Shown here: one piece after another, positions 25,344 to 38,256 of the stretch | How the letters are laid out: each line of letters starts with the position of its first letter | Numbering within the stretch: the stretch's first letter is position 1 | Source: Eledone cirrhosa | Lineage: Eukaryota | Assembly: GCA_964016885.1 (NCBI GenBank) | Contig: CAXHJY010001010.1 | Coordinates: forward strand, 1-64,000 | DNA: 64,000 nt | Direction of reading: 5' to 3' | Notes under the pieces: generated by a model | Told to the model about the DNA's origin: nothing | The model's database searches: none | What the model saw: only the letters and a program-made list of their open reading frames with translations | Translations under genes and position numbers: made by a program

Positions 25344-27621
25344 CGTGCTGTAGTTCTTGGAACTTATTCCTGATCCCTCTGATGTGCCTTAGTCTTGCAG
25401 GCTTGCGACAGCATATGGCCTCACGGTCTTATTTGCTTTCTTCTTCTTCAACCTCAAGCGGATTTATCCAACCACGAGATGATGGTCAGATCCGACGTCT
25501 GCCCCTCGGTAGGTGCGAACATCCAAGAGAGAGAAACGCCACCTCATGCCAATACAGATATAATCAATCTCATTCCTGGTGTTGCCATCAGGGGAAGTCC
25601 ATATCATCTTGTGAATCCGCCTATGGGCGAAGAATGATATAGTTATTGGTAGAAGAATGGGGACCAATCGGGAACAGTGGATCAGCAGTACTTTATGGAA
25701 TGTCATTGACGAGAGGAATGATGTTAAGAACAAAAGAGATCAAACCAAATCTCGACAGCAATGGAAGGAAGTGGACAAGGAGTACAGACGTCTTGACAAG
25801 GAAGTAAAGAAGAGCTGTCGAAAAGACAAGCGCCAGTGGTTAGAAGATCGGGCTGCAGAGGCACAAGTGGAAACAGATTGAAATGATTCCAAGACGCTGT
25901 ACCGGATCGTGAGAGCTAACTGGTGGACGAAGTGGAAGCAGTTTGCCAATCAAGAGCAAAGATGCTCAGATGCTTGCAGCCATTGAAGAGCAGCCCCAGA
26001 GGTGGAACGAACACTTTCGTGAGGTCCTCAATCAGCCATCACCCAACACAGGCTTCGAGCTTGTCTGGGAGGAAGCGAGCTACCGGCTGGATGTACAACT
26101 AGACGGCATCACAAGAGCTGAGGTGGCCAAGGCCATCCGCTCCCAAAAGAATAACAAAGCGGCAGGGCTGCATGAGATTCCTGCAGAGCTTCTGAAGCAC
26201 GGCAAGAATGTAATAGAGGAGCAGCTCACCCATTTATGCAATGTGATTTGGCAAGAAGAGGAGGTGCCGGAGGACTGCGGAAATGGAGTGATTGTACCAC
26301 TACCAAAGAAGGGCTGTCTCAGCGACTGCAACAACTATAGAGGGATCACGTTGCTATCAGGGCCAGGGAAGGTATTCTGCACAGGCATCCTGAACCGGCT
26401 GAGAGCAGAAGTAGATCGTCATCTTCGAGACGAACAGGCTGGCTTCCGCAGTGGAAGGTCTTGTTCAGAGCAGATCTTCACTCTCCGAAATATCATTGAA
26501 CAATGTCGGGAGTTCCATAAGTTCCTTGTTGTCAACTACATTGACTTCAGGAAAGCTTTCGACAGTCGTCATCGGAAATCATTGTGGAAGATTGTAAGAC
26601 TCTAGGGTGTCCTAGAGAAATATATTAACATCTTCAGGTCGCTGTACCGACATTCCAGGTGCTGCGTTAGGACAAAGGACGGAAACACGGAAATGTTTGA
26701 CATCTTGACGGGTGTTCGACAAGGCTGCATCCTTTCGCCTTTCCTTTTCCTCATTGTCATCGATTTCATCATGAAGAAGACAATGAGTGACCCTCGTTTT
26801 GGCATCAGTTGGGATGGAAGGAAATTAAGCGACCTGGACTTTGCCGATGACATCGAAGTGATAGGCCATTCCCGAGAAGACCTGCAAGAGATGACAAACG
26901 TTCTAAATGACAATGCAAAGAAAGTTGGCCTGCGCATCAGTTATGAAAAAACCAAGACCATGTCGACAGGTGACCCTCCAAATCTTCCCATCATGGTTGG
27001 TCAGCGTAACATTGAATGTGTAAACCACTTCCAATACCTTCTGACGATGGGGATGCTGAGGTGGATGTGTGCACAAGGCTGGGAAAACAGCGGCGGTCTT
27101 CCAGCGACTCCGTCCGGTATGGTCCAGGTGTTCCATCGGCAACGCAGTCAAATTCCGTGTTTACATGTCCATTGTAGTACCAACAGCGATATATGTCTGT
27201 GAGACATGGAAAAGTACGAAAAGTGTATGTAACAAGCTTGATGTATTCCACCGTCATTGCATTCGGACCATATTGAATATTTCATGGTTAGACGAAGTTA
27301 GCAACGAGGAAGTGATGAGGAGGTCAGGATTGGAGAGGTTAAGGGACATTGTCCGGAAAAGGAGACGGTGGTTCGTGGGCCACATCCTTCGTTTGCCGGC
27401 ACATCGACCTGCTCATATTGCCATGGATTGGGTACCAGAACGTGGCAGGAGAGAACGGGGAAGACCACGAAAAACATGGCGGAGCACATTCAGGGAGGAC
27501 CTGCGGGAGATGGGAATTACCTGGAGAGGTGCTAGAAGGGCCGCCAGTGACAGGATCAAGTGGAGGAAGCTCGTCGCTCAATGTTCCACAAGGGATTGGA
27601 GGAACTAAGATTAAGACTAAG
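25340..27621 (+). mobile_element. RTE-clade LINE with inverted 5' segment, disrupted RT ORF and (CTAAGA/TTAAGA) tail
   Basis: Minus strand 25340-25655 encodes APE end WTSPDGNTRNEIDY...GSDHHLV; plus strand has NYRGITLLS, QAGFRSGRSC, GVRQGCILSP, DFADD, GRPRKTW. Confidence 0.93.
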
Positions 27622-27632
27622 ATATATATATA

Positions 27633-28690
27633 TAGTGGTGGAACACTGGAAGGTAATATCCGTAGTGGTAGAGAACTCCGTCCATGGAACGAGTTAGGTA
27701 GAAGTTGTTACACAACAGTTAGTTCACCATACCGAGAACAATTGTTTCACCTTAGCGGATCCTCAGCTCGGAATGAGCATGGTTATAGGAACAGAAAGGA
27801 CAACCGTATGAACGCGCATGCGCAGAAACCCGGTCACTTCACACAGGCAATACTAGACTGCGTGCGAGAGGTGTAAGGGAGATAACTGCGAAAGTCCGAA
27901 AAGTTTTTAGGTTGAAAATAAAATTACAAAGAATCAGTCCGGAGCCTTGTAGTTATGCAATAGGTGTTTGGCGACGTGTGGACAACGTGTAAAATATTCA
28001 TTTCTCGTATTTAGGCAATCACTATTGCGTAATCTCTTTAGAATAGTTATTCGTTCGTCAATACATAAGCCACACGTCGGATTTCCCCTTGCGTATGGCT
28101 TGGACTTAGTGATGGCTTTCCATTGAATGGAGTAGTCTATACTTGAGTCCTTGAGGGACCATACGTGGCTGAAGGTAGACTGGTGGTTCAGGAAACGTTC
28201 ATTAAATCGTGCCTCCACCATGCCCACATAGGATTTGATCTCCTGTGGTTCGTTTGGTCGGTTGGAAGTGACGACAGCTTCATAAATTACAGCTGGTGTG
28301 TTGCATTGCTGTTGAAGCGGGTAAGCTTCAGGCTTACGGCAAGAGCACCCTGGTGGGGTGTTGCTCCTAGGGCTGCTGGTGATGTGGGCCTTCATGTTCT
28401 TAGCGCAGGAGTATCCTAGTTTAACTTTGTGTCGGTTAAAGAGGGATCGGTATTTATTACCTATGGGAAAATGTCTATCTAAGAGGGCTAGACATTTTTA
28501 TCCTACATTGGTTTTAACGTTTAGTGAGAAGGGAGGAGAGAACCAGATAATTTGTCTATTGTTGCGCTTACTTTTCTTAATGGCGTTTTGCTAGAGGGAG
28601 AGTAAGTGTTAGGTTTTGAGAAGCCGCTGTTAGCCAAAGCCGTGTTATAGTAGGATGCCGCCCTGTCAAAGATAGCCTTATTAGAGGAAA
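27633..28690 (-). mobile_element. 5'-truncated family B PLE (GIY-YIG end and terminus)
   Basis: Copy of 14378-15460; ORF 27934-28395 has VIYEAVV...YVGMVE. Confidence 0.92.
27732..27771 (-). ncRNA. Minimal type I hammerhead ribozyme, intact
   Basis: ccgag CUGAGGA u cc gcuaa gg u GAAAC aauu GUU cucgg; palindromic stem III aacaauuguu. Confidence 0.82.
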
Positions 28691-28693
28691 GGT

Positions 28694-29235
28694 ATGTATG
28701 TATATATACACATACTACTGTACGTCTGTATACATATATGTATGTACGTATACATACTTATATTTAAGTAATAGCCGTACTAAGAGTGAGAAATGAAATT
28801 TCGTTTCATTTTTTTCCATTTATCGTTTTAGGTGCTCCCGGCCGATTAACTCTCTCGATATGCAAATTAGGTTGCACAGCCGTTAATATACATAAGGAAA
28901 GTATATACTTTCAGACGTTCAATCATCTGGCAGGAAGGTATACGGTGCTGACGATAGCTAATAAGCTTGAAACTAGTACATCGTTCATTTGTCAGTGTTG
29001 AACAAAAGGTCAACGATGGTTGCTAAACACTGTACGGCTTAATTCGGGATGTTTGTTTACAAACAAACCGAGCATTATAATAAATGTTCGGTGAATCCAT
29101 ACGTACATATTTATATGTGTGCATGTATGTATATATATACATACTACTGTACGTCTGTATACATATATGTATGTACATATACATACATATATATATATAT
29201 ATATAAATAAATATATATAAATGCACACATACATA
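28694..29235 (+). mobile_element. Non-coding retrozyme-like element, ~429 bp monomer with terminal direct repeat
   Basis: catactactgtacgtctgtatacatatatgtatgtac at 28711 and 29140; HHR inside; same family as 43816-44584. Confidence 0.8.
28942..28984 (+). ncRNA. Minimal type I hammerhead ribozyme
   Basis: acggug CUGACGA u agcu aaua agcu u GAAAC ua GUA caucgu; palindromic stem III acuagu. Confidence 0.88.
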
Positions 29236-32200
29236 TCTGTCTATATGTGTGCCTGTATGGTGCTAATCATCTTAACAATGTATTGACATGATTTTGATAT
29301 AATTTTAATCACTTTCCCTGAACATTTACCAACTTATGTTAGTCATTTCTATAACTCTAAATACAGTTACAATAATTGGTTCAATGCAACATTCTGAGAT
29401 TCCCTCATTTCTTCTGAATATTTGGCGTGTTAATACTGTTGGATTACTTCCAGTTCAACTGTGATTTCCCACTATTTGGCAATGGCGTGGGACATAGCTT
29501 GAAGCAATAATCCAGGCAACTAAAACTAAAATATCTTTCACTGAAGCAATAAAATTTATTGTTGTTCTCGTATAGTAAATTATAGGAATATCTGCATATT
29601 TTAGACATATGTGCATTTAACGATGTGATATTACTCCAAATTTCCAGTTTCATATATATTTTGACACTGGAATTTTATTCTTTCCTTATTTAGTATATTC
29701 ACATTGCAATATGGATAGCTGGATGGATGCCCGAAGTTTTCTAGCATCAAAATACAAGATGTTTACATCAGCCTCTCCTATCTGGATAGAATGTACATTA
29801 AAAATATTGTATGCAAAATGGAGGTGTGATTTATACAATAATATGCATGGTATTTCTACTAAATATTTCATACTAGTCTGTTCAGAGTAATTTTATAAAT
29901 GTTTAACCATTTGAAACTTTTACTTTGAAGATCCATGATTTTGTTTAACAAATTTCAATTTTTTCTGATAATTATATGCTTAATTGTGTATTTGTTTGAC
30001 TCTCTATTTCTCCCTCTCTCTCTTTCTTCATGCCTCTCTTTCTCCATATCTCTCTCTCTTTGTGCATGTGTGTTTATGAGATTTTGTAAATTTACTATAA
30101 TATTTCTTATGACTTTAAGCAACCAACTTATGATGAATGCAATTAAGATGCATGGTGTCAATCTGTATTTAAATTACCACATATATTAGTATATGCTACA
30201 GTGTGTATATAATATTTTGGTCTTAATTTGTTAGCCATACATAAGTCACTTGTTGTTTTTTTTAAAATATTTTCTGCATTTTAATGTAGCATTTTAACTA
30301 CAAACAACAACAAATTAATTAGCTCAAATAATCCCAACCATGGTCAATACAGATTAGAAGTATATATATCAAAACAATATTTTTCAATGATTTATGTTCG
30401 AAATGAACAGATTAACCTTGGATTTTACCATATTTGTTACCATAATTCTAATGAAAGATGTTGCCTATAATTTTCAAATAAACAAGAATTTGAAAGGATT
30501 AATTAATATAACTTTCTCATTATCTACATAATTTATCAAGGCGTTTTACATAAAATGATGGAAGGACTTTAGATAAATATAAATACTTCAAAACAAATCA
30601 CATTTTATAGTAGAATGAGAGGTGGTTTCAGATTGTTTTGGTGCCAGAAGGACTAAATTACTACTTCTAATTGATTGCAATACATGCATGATCTAATTAG
30701 CATTAGTAATACATCTGGTGAATAAAAAAAAACTGCATATGTGTTTCACACATATAAAGGACTTGTATACATGAATTCATGAAACTGTATCATCACCAAA
30801 ACATATGTTTTTTAACAGAATTGAGTTTTGCTGAAGGGGTTATCTTTTTGTTTTGGCGCATGATGTCATCAACATATATTTATTTACAATAGACTCTTTA
30901 GTAACATCACAAACTCACCTAACATATTCAATCATTTTCAGGTCTCTGTGTGTGTGCTGCAAATCCCAGTCAAGAGTGAGATTCAGTTATGTGTGTGGAT
31001 TTGCATGCTTGATTGTTTAGTAAAAAATTGTTACTTACTTGTGTGTATATATATCATTCCGTGTAAACAATTCATCTGAAGTCTTATTTTTAAGAAACAT
31101 ATTTAAAATTAGAGGTTTTATCACTTAGTTCAATTATTTAAATATCATAACACAACCATTTATTGCATTTATAGATGGGATTCATTATTTAATGTATTGA
31201 AATATATATATGTATATAAGTCAGAGCTAAAAATATATGCTTGACGATCGGTTTATGTAATATATATTTGACATACCAGTTTATTTTCAATAATTGTTTT
31301 CCTTGGGATATTTTTCAAAATTCCTGACTTGAATTAAACTAAAATGTAATTTACATATTTTCAATAATGAAGCACATGCACATACGTTTCCTGCTTTGTC
31401 ATATTTAAAATGGACAATTTTGAAAGGGTTAAAACTGAATATAAATATGCTTTAAATTTTCTTAACCAAAATAATAAAACCTCTATTTTGAAGCTGTTCT
31501 ATTAGTATTTTTTTTAGCTATTCAAGAACTGACACCAAATATATATTTTTCTCTATGTATGGTATTTGAATGGTGAATCTTGATAATCACAATAGAATTG
31601 GTCCAGTGTTAATGCTTCTTTCTGTATATGAAGAAGATAAACATTTATGTCAATGTGTTTGTGTATGCATGTGTGTGATATAAGATTACATACCTTAAAA
31701 TCAAATTTCTTATATAATATATTTATGATGATGGTATCAACCCAAATCAAAGTAGAAATGTTGTTTAGTTAGACTAGTTGCAAGAAATTAGATATTTATT
31801 TCTAAACAAAGTGAGAGCGTGAGAAATAATAATCTATACTATCATAAGGGCCATGCCTGTCAGTCCGTCTATCATGCTCTCTCTATATATAGAGATAAAT
31901 AATACTCCATCCTCTCTCTAACTAACTAAAATGTAATGTGCAGATAAACGAAAAGTATACGGAGTTTTTTTTTGGTGGGTGTGGTTATATGTATATATTT
32001 CTGTATGTCCTTCAACATATAGACAACACAACACAGATTTTAAAATGGACTTTAACTATACTGAAATATTTTTTGTTATTGAGAGAGAAATACAGTGAGA
32101 AAGAGGGAATAGAGTTGTTGTTTGTGTGTTTCTGTATGTCTTTCAGCATATTGACAACACAACATTTCTTTTTCTTCTTCTTCACTCGCTTGTTGCTGAG

Positions 32201-32499
32201 AGGGTCGTGGGAGTAGATTCCTCAAACACTCCTTCCAGTGGATCCTGTCATAATCAACCATCTTCAACTGATCCAGCAGCATCCCAGAAGGGGGCAAACC
32301 TTGACGGTTGGAACCTGGAACATCACATCTCTTACATGCAAGGAACAGAGGAACTAGTGGAGGGGGCTAGTTGCTACCAAATTGATATAATCGGAAAAAG
32401 ACAATGCAGCTCAAACTTTAAAAAAAACGTTCACTATAATGACAGGGAGAGAGAGACAGATATGTAAAGAGAGTTGTCACCACACTATGAGTTTTGAAA

Positions 32500-32915
32500 A
32501 CACGAGAATTATAAGTGCAAGTTTGTCAACACATGTGGAAAAATGTGTGTCTCTGTATGCCCTAAGGGAAACTGGGATACAACTAGTAATAATAATAATA
32601 ATGATAAAAACAATATCTTAACAATAGAGCAATTGGGGATCATATGGTTGTGAGAACCAACCAATACTAAACAAAATGGTACTGGAAAAGTGCTCTACAA
32701 AGAAAAGAAGTCTCAGCACAGCCTAGATAGATCTTAGATAACACCTCACTTTCATAGAGTCTTTAATCTCTTGAGATTTACAAAATATCCCTCAGAATTA
32801 TAAATTTATTGAAACAAAGTATGGAAAACAACCTTTTCTTGAAACACAACAAAGGGATAACAAATTCAGAAGAAATCTTGATATGCAGAGGAATATTCCA
32901 GGGAGATTCGTGGTC
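32500..32915 (+). pseudogene. Highly degraded R4/Dong-like non-LTR reverse transcriptase fragment
   Basis: Translatable patches GSYGCENQ, SLSTA*ID, ICRGIFQGDS. Confidence 0.55.
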
Positions 32916-32951
32916 TAGTAGTCAAGTCAGAAAGCTTGTGATTGGCATATT

Positions 32952-33784
32952 TTCATAGGTATATTTTAAACTTATAGCCTCGTTTAAATGATTTTTGTAT
33001 GGTTGATTATGCTGATTGGGAGAAGAAATACTGTATATAGTTTATCAAATGATTCTATGGACTTACTTTCTTATATATTGCACTGATAGTTGATTATTTA
33101 ATTAATTAATTCGTCATTGAGCCACACCGTGAATGGTTGCCTAAAACATATATATATATATATCTATGGCTCTGTCTAGTTTGTGTATATACACTTTTAA
33201 ATTTTATATACTCCCGTAAGGTTGAGTAAAACTTTAGGCAGTATTCGGCTGCGCTTTCTGGCAACCAGCCTACTCGCTGACAGGCACCAATGACAAGCTT
33301 TCTTACTTGACCATTAGCCACGTGACAATTCTTAGCCATTTTGAATTCGTTTCTGGCGGTGAGCATTTAAGAAAAAATCTTTGTTCAATTGAGGTTGTCT
33401 CCTGATGATTTCGAAACTCGTTGATTTATCCAAGATCGGATATTTCCAAAAAGCGAATGAAACCTAGGCGGTAGAGGTATATTTAATGGTTTTGGTATGT
33501 TTATGTACACCTTTTCTTCTAACTTTGATTCTGTACCTAATTATATATGGTTAACTGTATGTCTAATCAATTTCTACAGGCTATCAGAAATATTAGGTAA
33601 ATTTTCTGTGGCTGTGAATCGCGGATAAAAAGCTATCATTTATTTATCTATTATTCCTTCATAGGTATATTTTAAACTTATAGCCTCGTTTAAATGATTT
33701 TTTATATGGTTGATTATGCTGATTGGGAGAAGAAATACTGTATATATTTTATCTAATGATTCTATGGACTTACTTTCTTATATA
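32952..33784 (+). mobile_element. Non-coding retrozyme-like element, 706 bp monomer with ~127 bp direct repeat
   Basis: 32952-33078 repeats at 33658-33784; HHR inside; ends in (TA)n. Confidence 0.78.
33396..33479 (+). ncRNA. Type I hammerhead ribozyme with enlarged loop II
   Basis: ugucuc CUGAUGA u uucg...cgaa u GAAAC c uaggc g GUA gaggua. Confidence 0.78.
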
Positions 33785-33796
33785 TATATATATATA

Positions 33797-34699
33797 TTTG
33801 GAAAGAGAGATGTATTTTAATTATGTCTCATATAAAATAATACAACTGGTTATCCGCAAAATACGTATAGTTAGCACCCTAAACGTATAATTGGGATTAT
33901 ACTAAGTTATATCCTAATGTTTGTTGAGTGAGATGGAAGCCGGTCGGAGTATTGCTTAAAGCTTTCTCTGTTAATGTATTAAATATTATACTCTTGATTT
34001 GGCTAGGGATAAATATTTCCAGATACTTTTTAGGTATGACTTTCCGTATTTATTCTTTATATGAAATATTGATTTTTCTTCCGGTATCTTATCTCTGTTT
34101 TTAGCCTAAGAAAATACCTATATGCGTGTATAAATAATACATGCATATATTTATTTTAATATCCAATTGAGTTCTTTACGCATGGTTAAAATTATTGAAA
34201 GAATTAATTGACCCACGTGCATATTATTTTATTTTTCTATGTTTTGCGATGACCTCCCCTTTCCGCTTGATGGCAGTGTGAGATTTATCATTGTGAGACT
34301 GCTGGAATTTCAAATTTGGCGGTCATTCTGGCAAGGAGGGGTACCATCGCTGAACATTAATATCGGTAAGGTTTTTTTTATCGATATTTGTCGGGCATCC
34401 ACTGATGATTTATAAGTGCACACCTACACATATTGCTACGGACTATGTGTAGGCTTCTACATAACCTGGACATTATTTTCCCAATTTGTAGAACATTTAT
34501 AATGAAACGATCGTTTGGAAAGAGAGATGTATTTTAATTGTCTCATATAAAATAATACAACTGGCTATCCGCAAAATACGTATAGTTAGCACCCCAAACG
34601 TATAATTGGGATTATACTAAGTTATATCCTAATGTTTGTTGAGTGAGACGGAAGCCGGTCGGAGTATTGCTTAAAGCTTTCTCTGTTAATGTATTAAAT

Positions 34700-34701
<2 letters not shown>
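33797..34701 (+). mobile_element. Non-coding retrozyme-like element, ~717 bp monomer with ~188 bp direct repeat beginning at the HHR cleavage site
   Basis: 33797-33986 repeats at 34514-34701; flanked by (TA)n on both sides. Confidence 0.85.
34398..34519 (+). ncRNA. Type I hammerhead ribozyme with three-way branched stem II
   Basis: ucca CUGAUGA u uuauaagug [ccuacacaua/uauguguagg][uucuaca/uguagaa] cauuuauaa u GAAAC gauc GUU ugga. Confidence 0.85.
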
Positions 34702-35248
<547 letters not shown>

Positions 35249-36017
35249 TTGCTTGTGTTTCTTTCCATCTTCGGTTAGCTTTCCCCTGTGTTGTTTACTT
35301 GTCTCACTCGCTTTACGCGTTTCAATTGTCCTAATAACTTATTTTAGTTATTATCGCTCCAACGTGTGGTATCTGATTTTTAATGCGATGAAATACCAAT
35401 GATCGTTGGCAAATCACTGATGAGGGACTCATTTAATAACATGTAAATCCATGTGCAACCACGCAGTATTCTTCTCCCCATATTTTTCATATATTTACCT
35501 AAACTGCGATTATCTGTTTCTCTCTTTCTCTCTTACTGCTCCCTCGTTCTCTCTGTTTCTCTTACTTTCTTTCGTCCCCTCTGTCATGTCAGTTAACACT
35601 TTCTCTCTACTGACCTCTTCCTCGCACTTCCACTTACTCACTCTCTGTTTCTCCCCTTCTCACCTCCTCCCGTTCGCTACGAAAACGATTTTCCTTCTTT
35701 CTAACATCTGATTCACTAGCGGAAGGTCTGTTTCTAACTCGCTCATATATTCACACAGCTTATGCTGATAGAATAACCATGTTGCTTGTGTTTATTTCTA
35801 TCTTCGGTTAGCTTTCCCCTGTGTTGTTTACTTGTCTCACTCGCTTTATGCCTTTCAATTGTCCTAATAACTTATTTTAGTTATTATCGCTCCGACGTGA
35901 GGTATCTGATTTTTAATGCGATGAAATACCAATGATCGTTGGCAAATCACTGATGAGGGACTCATTTTATAACATGTAAATCCATGTGCAACCACGCAGT
36001 ATTCTTCTCCCCATATT

Positions 36018-36026
<9 letters not shown>
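35249..36026 (+). mobile_element. Non-coding TA-flanked element, 533 bp period with ~245 bp direct repeat
   Basis: 35249-35494 repeats at 35782-36026; each repeat contains CTGATGAG. Confidence 0.7.
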
Positions 36027-36070
<44 letters not shown>

Positions 36071-36140
36071 TGTATATAAATATGTATATATATATACATA
36101 TAATACATATGATCAAAAGATGGTTAAATGATTTCCATGT

Positions 36141-36209
36141 ATTTTATTATGCGCATTTCAAAAACAAATATCATCATGCAATAACATTTGTGTTTTCATC
36201 AGATAAAAC
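36141..36209 (-). ncRNA. Type I hammerhead ribozyme in a PLE/retrozyme terminal fragment (36110-36330)
   Basis: guuuuau CUGAUGA aaacacaaaugu...auauuuguuuuu GAAA ugcgc AUA auaaaau; palindromic stem III augcgcau. Confidence 0.85.
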
Positions 36210-36364
36210 AGGAAGACATGATATGAAGGTTTAAAACACTTGTGGATAGTGCAGTTTTAAATCAACATATGAAAAGTAGTTTTAGATTGATGTGTGGAAT
36301 TGGGGAAAAAATTTGTTGAGGGGGGGGGGGGGGAGGATGAAAAAGAGGAGGAGATGAGAGTAAA

Positions 36365-37501
36365 ATGTGGAGGGGGAGGAGTATAATGAGGAAGGATAAG
36401 ATAGGAGGAGAGATGGGTGATAGAGAGAGAGAGAAACACACAATGGAAAGCATCCAGCAAATAGCAAACTCCATCCACCAGAGCATTAGAGTTACTATAG
36501 ACTACCCAAGTAAACACCCCAACCATCGATTACATGTACTAGACACAGAGCTCTGGTTAGATACCATTAACAACAAAAAACAAATCCTCCATTCCCATTA
36601 TGCCAAACCCATGACTTCCAAACATCTGATCCACCGAAACTCGGCCGTGTCGGACCATACCCAAATCAACATACTGATTGCGGATTTGGTACGGGTGATG
36701 AGAAATGTGTCCCGCATGTGCAACCCCGAAGAACTAGAGAGACACATACAACACTTCATCCACCGTATGCAGTTCTCTGGCTACAATCAGAGAGATAAAA
36801 TCAGAGTGTATAGAGGAGCCAGAACCAAATGGGAAAAAATGGTAAATAATGACATAAATGGGACCTGCCCCTTGTATAGGAGCAAATTTTGGAATAGAAT
36901 AGAAAGAACTAGGAACAAGGCTAATAGAATAAACTCATGGTATGATAGCAATAAATACCAGAGTGTAATGTTCATCGATACAACCCCTAGAGGTGAATTA
37001 GCTTACAAATTTAGAAGGGCCCTAAATAGACATAAACTCAATATTAAGATAGTAGAAAGACCAGGTACCTCCGTAAAAACACGTATTAGCAAGACATACC
37101 CTTTTCAAAGACCCTCATGTATAGATAAGAAATGTATAACCTGTAAAATAAGCCCACATATTAACTGTAAAACTAGAAATGTAGTGTATAGCATAAGATG
37201 TACTGAAGGACAATGTAGAGACAAAAATATAGTGTACATAGGTGAGACAGCCCGTAGTGTAGGTGAACGGATAAATGAACACTGGCGAGACCTTCAAGAT
37301 AATAAAGAATCATCTGTACTCTACCAACATGCTAAAATAGTACACAAGGGTAAATTAGAGAACATAGAAATAAAAATAGAATCTACACACAGAAAAAACG
37401 CAATGGTTAGACAAATTACAGAGGCAATAAACATAAAAGAATTACAACCAAAATTAAATAGAAAATATGAGTGGAACAGCAACATCACAACTTACAATTA
37501 A
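36365..37501 (+). CDS. Uninterrupted C-terminal half (RT thumb, Cys linker, GIY-YIG) of PLE family A; 5'-truncated, start not genuine
   Basis: LHVLDTELW, HYAKPM, RMQFSGY, FIDTTPRGEL, KIVERPG, CxxxxCxxC, VVYSIRC...YIGETARSVGERINEH, RQITEA, LNRKYEW. Confidence 0.88.
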   Translation: MWRGRSIMRKDKIGGEMGDREREKHTMESIQQIANSIHQSIRVTIDYPSKHPNHRLHVLDTELWLDTINNKKQILHSHYAKPMTSKHLIHRNSAVSDHTQINILIADLVRVMRNVSRMCNPEELERHIQHFIHRMQFSGYNQRDKIRVYRGARTKWEKMVNNDINGTCPLYRSKFWNRIERTRNKANRINSWYDSNKYQSVMFIDTTPRGELAYKFRRALNRHKLNIKIVERPGTSVKTRISKTYPFQRPSCIDKKCITCKISPHINCKTRNVVYSIRCTEGQCRDKNIVYIGETARSVGERINEHWRDLQDNKESSVLYQHAKIVHKGKLENIEIKIESTHRKNAMVRQITEAINIKELQPKLNRKYEWNSNITTYN

Positions 37502-37701
37502 GGACAAGATGAAAACACACACACACATAGAACAAACAACCAACCAGTAACATGTAAATAAACAAATAAATAAATGAACATAAACACACACAGACACCCG
37601 GATGTGGCGCATGCGCAGACTGAGCACACAACACACACACAGAAACAAAATGGCGTAGGACAGAACAAAAGAGAGGCACAGAAACAAAGAAAGGAATCCC
37701 C

Positions 37702-37746
37702 AGTCACTGAAGAGGTCACAGAGTGTGTGACGAAAGAACTATGACT
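37702..37746 (+). ncRNA. Minimal hammerhead ribozyme in 3' UTR of PLE family A (one extra core nucleotide)
   Basis: aguca CUGAAGA g gucaca gagug ugugac GAAA gaa CUA ugacu. Confidence 0.72.
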
Positions 37747-37938
37747 ATATATAAAGAACTATCTGGTTGTGGAACCAACCAACCAACCAGAAATTTATAA
37801 ATTTATTATAATAAATTGAAGTGAAAGCAACTGGTGCGTGTGTTTCTTATTGGCAACATGACCCTCCCAAAGTATAACAATATCGGTTTCAACACACGAT
37901 TTCAGATAAAGAATCTTGCTAAACAAATTCAGAAACGA

Positions 37939-37939
<1 letters not shown>

Positions 37940-37970
<31 letters not shown>

Positions 37971-37973
37971 AAT

Positions 37974-38022
<49 letters not shown>

Positions 38023-38179
38023 AATATATATGTATATTTATACATATATGTATAAATATATATATATACATATATATATAAATATATATATATATACATA
38101 TATGTATAAATATATATATATATACATATATATAAAACAATATATATATATTTATATAAATATGTATATATATATATAA

Positions 38180-38210
<31 letters not shown>

Positions 38211-38225
38211 AATATATATATATAC

Positions 38226-38256
<31 letters not shown>

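Noticed and set aside
37501-37940. SECIS element in PLE family A 3' UTR, as reported for some PLE clades
   Set aside because: No in-frame TGA in the visible ORF and no convincing SECIS fold by eye
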